This document shows, one piece after another, positions 9,201 to 16,715 of a stretch of DNA of 27,765 bases. The stretch is taken from IMG/VR virus record IMGVR_UViG_3300030376_006457, positions 1 to 27,765 of that record, one strand, 5' to 3'. Within the stretch, counting starts at the first letter, position 1; each line of letters starts with the position of its first letter. The notes beneath the pieces were generated by a model. That model saw only the letters and a program-made list of their open reading frames with translations, had not been told where the DNA came from and did no database searches. Source of the stretch: a virus. Its lineage: Duplodnaviria > Caudoviricetes. Made by a program: the position numbers and the translations under genes.

Positions 9201-11729
9201 AGTGTCTAATTTATGTGGAGACTGTGCAGTAATGATACCAACATTAGATACCCATGTTGCATCCACAATTACATTATCAGTTCTTAGATCAGATACTGAA
9301 CCAAGATTTGTATTATTATTCTGATACTTAGTATCATCAACTACAGCACCTGATTCTGCAATTACAAATCCATCAGTAGGTGGAACAGCAACAGTATTCT
9401 GTGGTACAACATATCTTAAACGATATATTCTATCAAGATCAAATCTATTATCAGGATTTCTTGTAATAAATGTATTATTAGTCTTAGGTGATAAATCTGC
9501 TTTATTATTAACTATCTGTGTACGTAATGTATTACCTGCACCAACATTGACATACCAACCAGTATTAGTTTCATATTGTACTGGATGACCAGGATCCCCA
9601 GGCTTCTTACCCTCTACAGTAGATACTATTGTAAGTTTTCCACCAAGGTTATTGATACCTGTTAAATTAGTACCAGCAGTTGCATTGTTATAAGTTGATG
9701 CTACCTTGATCTTATCATCAGCACTTGATATTACAAAGTAATCTTTGTTGTGCTCAAGTCCATCAGGAAGGTTACCATCTTCAGAATATATCTTTACCTT
9801 CTCTCCCACTAAGAGGTCATGATCTTGCTCAAGAGTGAAAATGTTACTGGTAATAGAATTGATACCAGAATTTGTTCCAACAGTATACTCTTTCTTACCT
9901 ATAGACCAATTAGCAATAGTAGTATTATTGCCAGGCATATAAACCGAAGTACTATAAGTGGTAAGACCTATACCAACGGATAATGTTTCTCCTATCTTGT
10001 TACCAACATTATAACCATTAGCAGTCTTTGATGGTACAGTATCCTTACCTGTAAATCCATACAAGAATAACCTAGAGTCTGTAGTAACACCAGCAGTAAC
10101 ATCTACATCAATTGCTTCCCAGTTGATATTAGTTACAGCAGCATTATTTTTCTTAGGTGGTACAATAGAAGTGATATAACCTTTATCGTCTCTTGTAAAT
10201 GCCTTATCTCTATATCCATCAGCAACAAAAGATCTCTGACCAAAGTTAGAGTTAGAGTTGGTAATAGATATGTCAGCACCAGATGATACCTGATAATGCT
10301 TACCATATCCAATAGCAAATACAGATACCAACTGCATTACAGCCTTATTAGATGCCTTTATATGGCAACTTTCATATTCAGGTTTATGTCTTGCGTTAGC
10401 ATCCGTATGTAATGATACTGAAGTTCCTAATGCTGCTTGATCTTGCCAAGTTCCCGTTGATGCATTATATCTTACAAATGCATTATCATCTTTCTGTAAA
10501 GATACTCCAGTAAACTGTGCAGCAACAATAGATTTGAATCCAGTTGCTTTTGATCCATCACAATGAAGACCATTGATACCATAAACTGATCTGATTGAAC
10601 AGTTGAAGATATAAGGTGATGCAGAAGTTACACTATCACTCTCAATCTTGACCTGTGGAGTCAACCCACTTAGTGAAGGAGTTGCTGTTGATGCTGGTAT
10701 TACTGGTACAGTATATGTAAAATTAGTATCATTTATAACTTGATTTACAATATAACTTCCATCATAACCAGTGTCATTGACACCTGAAACCATTACAGGA
10801 GTACCAACTGCCAAGTTATGATTAGTCTTTGTTACTACAGTAACTATCTTAGTAGCAGTAGCAGATGATGGTGTTGCACCAGAATAAATGTCTTGTATCT
10901 CAAGAGCACCTATCTGTGATATAGATCCAACAATCCTAGTCTCATCAACGACCTTCTCGAAGTCATCATTAGTAGGATAATTAGGTAATGCTCTACCACT
11001 GTTAGTACCATAAGCTAAAGTTAACTTATGATAATACATGTCAAGGTCAGTGTTACCCTTGCCAGGTATTATATTCTGACCATCAGCATACTCAAAACAA
11101 GTTAGCTTATGGTGTGAAAAATTAGGAGTATAAACATTGCCAGTATAATCTTTATAGATCCTATCATTAAGATCAGCGTCAAAGAAACTGAATCCAAAGA
11201 AGAAACAAGATCCTGTTACTCTGAATATTGCTGTTGGTGCTATACCTGATGCAGTAGGATCAGGAACATATTTTGGTCTTATCTTAGTCTTTCTGAGGTC
11301 TTGTCCAACAATGGAGGTACCTCTTGGCATAATAACTCCACCATTAGCAGAGTTGAATTTATATAATACGTTATCGGTGTCTTGTATATCAAAGTTACTT
11401 CCAACTGCAAACTCACTTATAGACGCTGCACTTCCACTTACATCAGTTATACTACCAGCAGTATTGATTTGTAATCCTGGTCTGTTATCGATGTAATGAA
11501 CACCTGGCGAGACCATGATAGTTGTCTTATCAAACTTATCATTATCCTTACCTAACTGATATGAGAACCTAGCAGATTCAATCAGTGCTCTTTGTATCGT
11601 CTTGAACGGACGAGTTCTGGAGTTACCAGTGTTACTGATATCATCAGTCGCATCAAGTTCCTCAGGGTTTACGTATATGACGTTGCCCTGTACATTTTTT
11701 AGAAAATTTTCTAGTCTACTTAGTGGCAT
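6216..11729 (-). CDS. Giant virion structural protein (beta-helix, repeated small beta domains, C-terminal tail-collar/fibre tip), 1837 aa
   Basis: N-terminus MPLSRLENFLKN..IYVNP..LDATD...GNSRTRPFKTIQRALIESARFSY matches a conserved cyanomyophage structural family. C-terminus IPIGGIIMWSG..WALCNGSNGTPNLIDKFIVG..NLPPYYAIAYIMRI is a tail-collar domain. Confidence 0.85.
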   Translation of the reverse strand: MPLSRLENFLKNVQGNVIYVNPEELDATDDISNTGNSRTRPFKTIQRALIESARFSYQLGKDNDKFDKTTIMVSPGVHYIDNRPGLQINTAGSITDVSGSAASISEFAVGSNFDIQDTDNVLYKFNSANGGVIMPRGTSIVGQDLRKTKIRPKYVPDPTASGIAPTAIFRVTGSCFFFGFSFFDADLNDRIYKDYTGNVYTPNFSHHKLTCFEYADGQNIIPGKGNTDLDMYYHKLTLAYGTNSGRALPNYPTNDDFEKVVDETRIVGSISQIGALEIQDIYSGATPSSATATKIVTVVTKTNHNLAVGTPVMVSGVNDTGYDGSYIVNQVINDTNFTYTVPVIPASTATPSLSGLTPQVKIESDSVTSASPYIFNCSIRSVYGINGLHCDGSKATGFKSIVAAQFTGVSLQKDDNAFVRYNASTGTWQDQAALGTSVSLHTDANARHKPEYESCHIKASNKAVMQLVSVFAIGYGKHYQVSSGADISITNSNSNFGQRSFVADGYRDKAFTRDDKGYITSIVPPKKNNAAVTNINWEAIDVDVTAGVTTDSRLFLYGFTGKDTVPSKTANGYNVGNKIGETLSVGIGLTTYSTSVYMPGNNTTIANWSIGKKEYTVGTNSGINSITSNIFTLEQDHDLLVGEKVKIYSEDGNLPDGLEHNKDYFVISSADDKIKVASTYNNATAGTNLTGINNLGGKLTIVSTVEGKKPGDPGHPVQYETNTGWYVNVGAGNTLRTQIVNNKADLSPKTNNTFITRNPDNRFDLDRIYRLRYVVPQNTVAVPPTDGFVIAESGAVVDDTKYQNNNTNLGSVSDLRTDNVIVDATWVSNVGIITAQSPHKLDTGNTIEILRLRSANNTLGSDNSGFNGTFSVIGINDDRTFRIGLNTNPGGISTITADVIGYIPYTKHDSGIVGSGRTFAPYFAKRDVAKPLQIYGTQEIQGYKQDIQDGVYDLTVLGYVAQPTVSPFSTTSNFYPQDINDLRPKTSIDNTVVDPESAKSYALRGKPGIVKTNNPANSVSKESIETFLDTTNIGIGLSAGSHSGGDLRLDASHHHGFNGVSATNSLSGGTNLGTGGGNAEFYFNVETSGGTGHGLTVDVTVNAAGAVSAFDINQPGSGYLVGGTITIVGIPHSAAGTDPTFNITAIDNGVGDIIQVVGMSSAPYNGLHKISGVDNSRRITVPGSADGGATGGYIYRVGKSISITSVTHNHISGIATVQTAGDIGLRKGDQIVINSIPNANLNGTFDITDRVGYGSSVLVNIGKFPTNQASGTITTGYAHGTGISARTSDRDIPLYGGVTTRLTSSLGAVGSTISLADVTMLRRGDYLLIEDEIVRVANKTGTSVIRGLLGSNSVAHEPNVSVRRINVLPVENRRYSIIRASGHTFEYVGYGPGNYSTAMPQNQSGTPTEDDQLRAQSLQTRGGLVAYTGMNDKGDFYIGRKKINAVTGEEIDTIDKFDNTDVGQDFVMPTSAIFDDLTVNNNLYSNGNTDIVDLKLRGNRSGNISKQVFVGIQETTPTTSQSQDNILFRVSHTPGGNLGWVKTDGSGSERWQEFAPISYESGSNAYSFDKLALGQSSVSSGETLSVAGIGTIGSLKVTDLTSGRVVLAGAGGELQDSSSLTFSGATLTASALAVSNNATVSGSIDVDGHADLDNVSISGVATVTGALTSGAITASGNISASSHTITGSTLVGKGVIPIGGIIMWSGTDANVPSNWALCNGSNGTPNLIDKFIVGRGSAYAADSTGGSANAVVVEHGHTATSAVTDPGHAHTFSSHNDDNADGNTLNDRSNLPNTRTMTSSSNSTGITVATTVNDNGVSGTGKNLPPYYAIAYIMRIT

Positions 11730-11761
11730 TGCCTATAAATCCTGACACCATTCCTTCAACT

Positions 11762-11769
11762 TATTTATA
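11762..11769 (-). promoter_or_regulatory. T4-type late promoter TATAAATA
   Basis: Plus strand TATTTATA, intergenic, 33 nt upstream of ATG 11729. Confidence 0.85.
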
Positions 11770-11773
11770 GTAA

Positions 11774-12100
11774 CTAGATTCGGGGTATATAACTCTTGTA
11801 CTTCTCAACCTGTGGTATTACTTCATGTTCAACTTTCTCTACGATCTGATCTATGATATTAACATCAATATCCATGAATGGTGGAATGATACCAAGTATG
11901 CGAAGTAATCCATCTAAGAATAATGCTAGACATGTAAATCCTAGTATCATACTTATGATAGTTGCTTCTCTATTATGCTTTGCCATAGATGCTTCATCTA
12001 TTTTCCTTGCTTCATCTACAGCAGCTCGAATCAGAATATCAACTTCCTCTTTAGTGTAACACAAATGAGGAAGGATCTCTCGGATCTTCTCTTCTGTCAT
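11774..12100 (-). CDS. Hypothetical membrane protein, 108 aa
   Basis: Hydrophobic segment ATIISMILGFTCLALFLDGLLRILGIIPPF flanked by charged helices; TAATG-coupled to the upstream 65-aa ORF. Confidence 0.7.
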   Translation of the reverse strand: MTEEKIREILPHLCYTKEEVDILIRAAVDEARKIDEASMAKHNREATIISMILGFTCLALFLDGLLRILGIIPPFMDIDVNIIDQIVEKVEHEVIPQVEKYKSYIPRI

Positions 12101-12297
12101 TAGACATAAACTATTTTTACTTGGTCATCAATTTCAGATGCTTTACGAGTAACCTTGAATACTGCCATAAACTGATCAGTATCTTCACATGTAACTTTCT
12201 GGCAAGAACCATCAGATCCATAGATCTCAAAGGTTCTTCCTTCCATGTTTATGCGAATTTCATCAACGTATTCACCAGAAAGATCAAGGTTAGCCAT
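12100..12297 (-). CDS. Hypothetical protein, 65 aa
   Basis: Fills the gap directly downstream of a sigma70-type promoter; acidic; its stop overlaps the next start. Confidence 0.7.
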   Translation of the reverse strand: MANLDLSGEYVDEIRINMEGRTFEIYGSDGSCQKVTCEDTDQFMAVFKVTRKASEIDDQVKIVYV

Positions 12298-12319
12298 GCA
12301 TAAAGTAATTACTAGTCAT

Positions 12320-12348
12320 ATAATAGCATTTATAAGGATCGTTGTCAA
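12320..12348 (-). promoter_or_regulatory. Sigma70-type (early) promoter TTGACA-N17-TATTAT
   Basis: Minus strand: TTGACA (12348-12343), 17-nt spacer, TATTAT (12325-12320), ending 22 nt before ATG 12297. Confidence 0.8.
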
Positions 12349-13145
12349 CCCTTCTTCTTAGGTTTCTCTTCTCTGACATCGTAATGATACCCTTGAATCG
12401 AATATTGGTTATTATTACCAGGATAATCTCCAGCATTTTTACCAGAATATTCTGGAATTAACTTCTCTCCTGCTCTGTCTGCCCATACCTGATATGATGC
12501 ATTTATAGCACCACCAGCAGCGTTTCTTACGATAACTCTCTTACCATACTGTATCTCTTTCACATATAGTTCTTGATATGATCCGATTGGTGTAAGATGA
12601 ACTGTAATAGTCTCCATATCTACAAAGTGTTGCCAGTAGTCAGGTAGTTCTATAATACCATCCAACTTAACTTTACCTCTCACATATATTGCTGCCTCTG
12701 GTCCTTCAACACAGACATGACGTAATCTATATCCCTCTATATTGGGATGCTTGAGATCAAATCCTTTCCATCCTTGCTGATTGATTGTGCTGCTTGTCAA
12801 TGCTACATTTTGACCAGTGCAGTTCTTGAAATTACTATTGATAAGATTGCCAGTATGAGTTTTATCTCCTTGATGGGTCGTATCTCCATTATGATTGACA
12901 TCTCCATCAATATCTACTGCACGACCTGATACACCAGGAGAAAAATCTCCAAGATCAGTTCCAACATTCAGGACTGCTTTAGCAAATCCACCTTCATGTG
13001 CACCAATAAATGCAGGTCCAGTAGAGCAAAGAGTACCAGCAAAAGGTTTGTCACCATTCAAAGTCTCTGTTGCTTGATCTAGTTTTTCTGGTTCTTCTTG
13101 TCCAATATAGACTTTACCAGTATCAATGTCACGTATTCCAGCCAT
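12345..13145 (-). CDS. Putative tail spike/needle-associated protein (gp5 module part 3), 266 aa
   Basis: Short beta-repeat stretch (DGDVNHNGDTTHQGDKTHTGN) followed by the F-D-L-K-H-P..L-R-H-V-C-V-E-G-P-E..Y-V-R-G domain found at C-termini of phage tail proteins; lies after the gp5-like genes. Confidence 0.6.
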   Translation of the reverse strand: MAGIRDIDTGKVYIGQEEPEKLDQATETLNGDKPFAGTLCSTGPAFIGAHEGGFAKAVLNVGTDLGDFSPGVSGRAVDIDGDVNHNGDTTHQGDKTHTGNLINSNFKNCTGQNVALTSSTINQQGWKGFDLKHPNIEGYRLRHVCVEGPEAAIYVRGKVKLDGIIELPDYWQHFVDMETITVHLTPIGSYQELYVKEIQYGKRVIVRNAAGGAINASYQVWADRAGEKLIPEYSGKNAGDYPGNNNQYSIQGYHYDVREEKPKKKG

Positions 13146-14362
13146 TAGTTTGTTTTCAAGGGTTGCGTTTGAGTGTGGATATATTTACCCAACATGTCAG
13201 GGATCAGTTGTGATTTGGGTTCATGGATTCTAACCACTTGACCCACAAGGAAAGTCCATCCCTCAGAATAAGAGATAACTTTGTCCTTTGCATCAAGTAC
13301 AACATTCTCACCTTTTATTATAGCACGGTTTGCAGCATCTAGGGTAATATCATGTTCGGATTTTAACGTAATTCCACCAGTATCATCTGCTCCCTCTGCT
13401 TTCATCTTTATATCGTGAGCAACCACAGAGAATCTACCATCACATTGTATTCTAATATCACCCTTACTCTTTATAAGAAGAGGTGCATCATCAACAACTT
13501 GTAGTATACTTGAACCTGAAGTTCCTCCAGCATCTTCGCTGGACTTCAACTCAAATCCACCATCATGGAATAATCTCAGAGAATTACTTTGAGAACCAAC
13601 AAGTTGTATATCTCTTTTACGAGTAACCTTATCGTCCCGTTCTCTTCCCATGAAGAATGTACCATCTTCAGGATGTTGTATTATAACTGGTGGTACATAA
13701 GGTTTAGTATCGGCTTCTTTCTTTTCTTCTGCTGGCGGATCTTCTTCTGCTACTGGATCAGTTTCTGGAGGAGTGACTGGTTGTGTTGTCTCAGGTTCAG
13801 GTTCTGGTTCAGGTTCTGGAGGATTTATTGCCTCCTTCTGTTTCTCAGTTAGATTTTCAGTTGGATTCTCTTCTACTGAAGAGTTTTCTTCAGTAACTGC
13901 TGTTGACTCTTCATTAGAAGCAGCAGTTTCACTTGATGTAATAATATCTGATGTTTGTTCTTCCTTAATTTCTTCTACTATGTTTGTAGTATTTTCAATA
14001 GGACTAGTTAGAATTTCATTTTCACCTCTCTCGATAGCAGAACTTGGAACATAATACGTTCCATCGCCACGTTGCCTCATATCAACACCATTAGGTGAAT
14101 CAATCTTAGGATTACCAGTTAGTACAGTAGCTTGATAACTAGGGTCAAGAGCTGTATGATCTAGAGATTCTAAACCTAATTCTTTATTATAACTATTAAT
14201 CTGTTTTATCCTGTACTGTCTAGTATTTCCACTGGTAGTTCTATTCAAACTGTTTATTGCATTTACCCTAGCTGATGATAAAGCAGCCTCACGTTTAGAA
14301 CCAGTTAATACGTTTCCGTTATATACAACAACTCCATTAGTTATTGTTAGTTTATTTGACAT
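13145..14362 (-). CDS. gp5 C-terminal-like beta-repeat spike protein with acidic low-complexity N-terminal half, 405 aa
   Basis: C-terminal short beta-strand repeats (LLIKSKGDIRIQCDGRFSVVAHDIKMKA..ITLKSEHDITLDA) resemble the gp5/VgrG needle; coupled to gp5-N. Confidence 0.6.
   Translation of the reverse strand: MSNKLTITNGVVVYNGNVLTGSKREAALSSARVNAINSLNRTTSGNTRQYRIKQINSYNKELGLESLDHTALDPSYQATVLTGNPKIDSPNGVDMRQRGDGTYYVPSSAIERGENEILTSPIENTTNIVEEIKEEQTSDIITSSETAASNEESTAVTEENSSVEENPTENLTEKQKEAINPPEPEPEPEPETTQPVTPPETDPVAEEDPPAEEKKEADTKPYVPPVIIQHPEDGTFFMGRERDDKVTRKRDIQLVGSQSNSLRLFHDGGFELKSSEDAGGTSGSSILQVVDDAPLLIKSKGDIRIQCDGRFSVVAHDIKMKAEGADDTGGITLKSEHDITLDAANRAIIKGENVVLDAKDKVISYSEGWTFLVGQVVRIHEPKSQLIPDMLGKYIHTQTQPLKTN
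13790..13820 (-). repeat. 6-bp coding repeat encoding PEPEPEPEPE
   Basis: Plus strand tcaggt tcaggt tctggt tcaggt tctgga. Confidence 0.75.
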
Positions 14363-16446
14363 CAGTAAATCCTAGGGCAATCAATAACTCTAATAAGAGT
14401 AGCAGTAGGTGGTAATTCACCAGTAAACTCCTCTCTCTTAATAAATTTGGTTATAGGTCTTATTCTAGCACCCGAACCAGTTCTTGTGTTAATGGTAAGT
14501 TTAGGAATATCAGTTATTCCAACTCCACAACCACCAGAACCTCCAACTATTTTACCATCAAAAATCTGAGGTATAATAGTACATGTACCTGCACCTGTAT
14601 CCTCTACAGTTATAGTATCACCTTCTTGGTATCCAGCACCTGTACTGATAACCTGTATACCACTAACAAATCCCACTACATCTTCTCCATCAGAATCTGC
14701 AACATCTTCTGGTCCCAAATATCCTCCACCTGGATCAGTTATAATAATATTAGTAACTTCTCCAGTCTCAGAATCAATAACTGCTTCACCAGTTGCACCT
14801 GCACCATTTCCACAATCATCAATAAAGCGTACTTTAGGTGGATCAGTGAAACCTAATCCCAAATCCTTCATATTCACACCAACTACCTTACCAACAGAGT
14901 TGATAACACCATTAGCAATAGCACCTATACCTCCACCACCAAACAATTCTATTCTTGGAGGACCACATTTCTTTTCAAATGGGTTACATGCACCTACAAG
15001 TTTAGCCACATCACCAGCACCTGCCATCTCCATACCCATAGATGTAACTTGATCTTTTACACCAGTAACTTTAGATATAAGACCTGTAACCTTACTAATA
15101 CCTGGTACTACCTTATCCATAAATGTACTTAATTCTGCTGGATTGAAACCAGATAATGCATTTGATATACTCAATGCATTATTGAAATCAAGAACTTTCT
15201 TAGGATCAGGACCAAGATTAGTTACCCAATCATTAGGAGAAGGTTCACACTCATTACCCTCACACTGTAATAATGCTAAACCTGCCTGTGCAATACCAAC
15301 TGCCTTAGACATCATTGAAGAGAATGATGGTATTGAGATACCTGCTAAACTACTCAATGCATTTACAGGACCATTGATCATGTTCTGAATAGTATCGTTG
15401 ATAGAACTCATCAGACCACCTATGAATTTTTCTGCAAGACATAATGGTGCATTGACTAGTTTACCGAGTAATTCTTTTAGAAAGTCTCCAACAAAATCCT
15501 TGAGACCTTTTAAAAAATTCTCAATCAAACAATAAATGGCATCAGTTTGTTTCTTTATCTCAAGATTCTTGATTAGGTGAGCAGGGTCAAGGAAACCAAC
15601 AGCAGCATCTACATTCTTATTAATTTCATGAAACAATTGCTTTCTTGTTTCTCTTACAACACCAGACATTCCACCTGCAATCTTTATAGAAAACTTATCA
15701 ACAAGTTTATCCATATTGACAAGCTTATTCACAACTGGATCAATATAAGCATCCTTATACTTCTCAAGACCTTGAGTTATACCAATAAAGTTCTGTAATT
15801 CTTTTGCTACCTCACCCATTGCACCCTTAGGTGTATAACATTTCTGGTGAGTCTTTACCTCATAAGTCTTATTATCAAAGTGTTTTGTTATAGTTCCCTT
15901 TTCTTCTTTCTTATCGTTGAGAACCTTTGCATCACTGGTAGCAATACTACTGACAGGATCATTTGGTTCATTACCAACAAGAGTAATAGGATCACCCTTC
16001 TCTATTTCCTTAGGAAAAATATAAGGAGCAAAACCTGTTGTTCCATTATTGATTACATCTTCAGCACTCTGTTCTGTCTCAGTAGAACTATTGTTATGGA
16101 AACAACCTAAAACTACAGGTTGTTGTGCTTCCTCACCATCTAAGAAGAATCCAAATACCCATTCACCACCTTGTAAGGCGAAACTTGTTCCACCAAAATT
16201 ATTACCTGCACCAAAATTAGGTGGAGTTAGAAAATGTGCCCAAGGTAGATCAACATCATCTATTCCACCTTCTTCTCCACTAGCCTTAGGATGATGACCA
16301 AATATCCTTACCTTTGCCCTAAAACCGTTTTGAAAATTTTGGTTGTTTTTATCACGCCAAGCTTTATCAGGAGTTACTTGTCCTAAGAACCAGTGAAACC
16401 CATCTCTTCCAATGAAGTCAATAGCAGAATGGCGTGTCTCAAGCAT
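14362..16446 (-). CDS. gp5: Baseplate hub / central spike gp5-like (N-terminal OB fold; no recognisable lysozyme), 694 aa
   Basis: FIGRDGFHWFLGQV..RAKVRIFGHH..LPWA..GEWVFGFFLDGEEAQQPVVLG is the gp5/VgrG OB-fold signature. A helical middle and Gly-rich beta repeats follow. Confidence 0.85.
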   Translation of the reverse strand: MLETRHSAIDFIGRDGFHWFLGQVTPDKAWRDKNNQNFQNGFRAKVRIFGHHPKASGEEGGIDDVDLPWAHFLTPPNFGAGNNFGGTSFALQGGEWVFGFFLDGEEAQQPVVLGCFHNNSSTETEQSAEDVINNGTTGFAPYIFPKEIEKGDPITLVGNEPNDPVSSIATSDAKVLNDKKEEKGTITKHFDNKTYEVKTHQKCYTPKGAMGEVAKELQNFIGITQGLEKYKDAYIDPVVNKLVNMDKLVDKFSIKIAGGMSGVVRETRKQLFHEINKNVDAAVGFLDPAHLIKNLEIKKQTDAIYCLIENFLKGLKDFVGDFLKELLGKLVNAPLCLAEKFIGGLMSSINDTIQNMINGPVNALSSLAGISIPSFSSMMSKAVGIAQAGLALLQCEGNECEPSPNDWVTNLGPDPKKVLDFNNALSISNALSGFNPAELSTFMDKVVPGISKVTGLISKVTGVKDQVTSMGMEMAGAGDVAKLVGACNPFEKKCGPPRIELFGGGGIGAIANGVINSVGKVVGVNMKDLGLGFTDPPKVRFIDDCGNGAGATGEAVIDSETGEVTNIIITDPGGGYLGPEDVADSDGEDVVGFVSGIQVISTGAGYQEGDTITVEDTGAGTCTIIPQIFDGKIVGGSGGCGVGITDIPKLTINTRTGSGARIRPITKFIKREEFTGELPPTATLIRVIDCPRIY

Positions 16447-16715
16447 TAGTCATCATACACTCTACATTCCAGTGAATCTGGATGATTATCACAATAAACT
16501 TCTAAGTGCTTATCCTCATGGCGTGTGTGCCAGTCATTGATCTTAGCACCACCTGGATTCTCTTCATTCTCTTCATGAGCATGAAAAGCATCGTTGTGCA
16601 TTTCTAAATCTGCCTCTGTGTACTCAATCATGCCATGATTGACATGCTCTTTATGATCCTTAGGATCTATATAGACCTCATGGTTGAGATCGTGTTCTGG
16701 AGTTTTTGTAGTCAT
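16446..16715 (-). CDS. cp12: CP12-domain protein (Calvin cycle regulator, auxiliary metabolic gene), His-rich, 89 aa
   Basis: C-terminus LEVYCDNHPDSLECRVYDD matches the CP12 C-x3-P-x4-C-x2-YDD motif. Confidence 0.88.
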   Translation of the reverse strand: MTTKTPEHDLNHEVYIDPKDHKEHVNHGMIEYTEADLEMHNDAFHAHEENEENPGGAKINDWHTRHEDKHLEVYCDNHPDSLECRVYDD

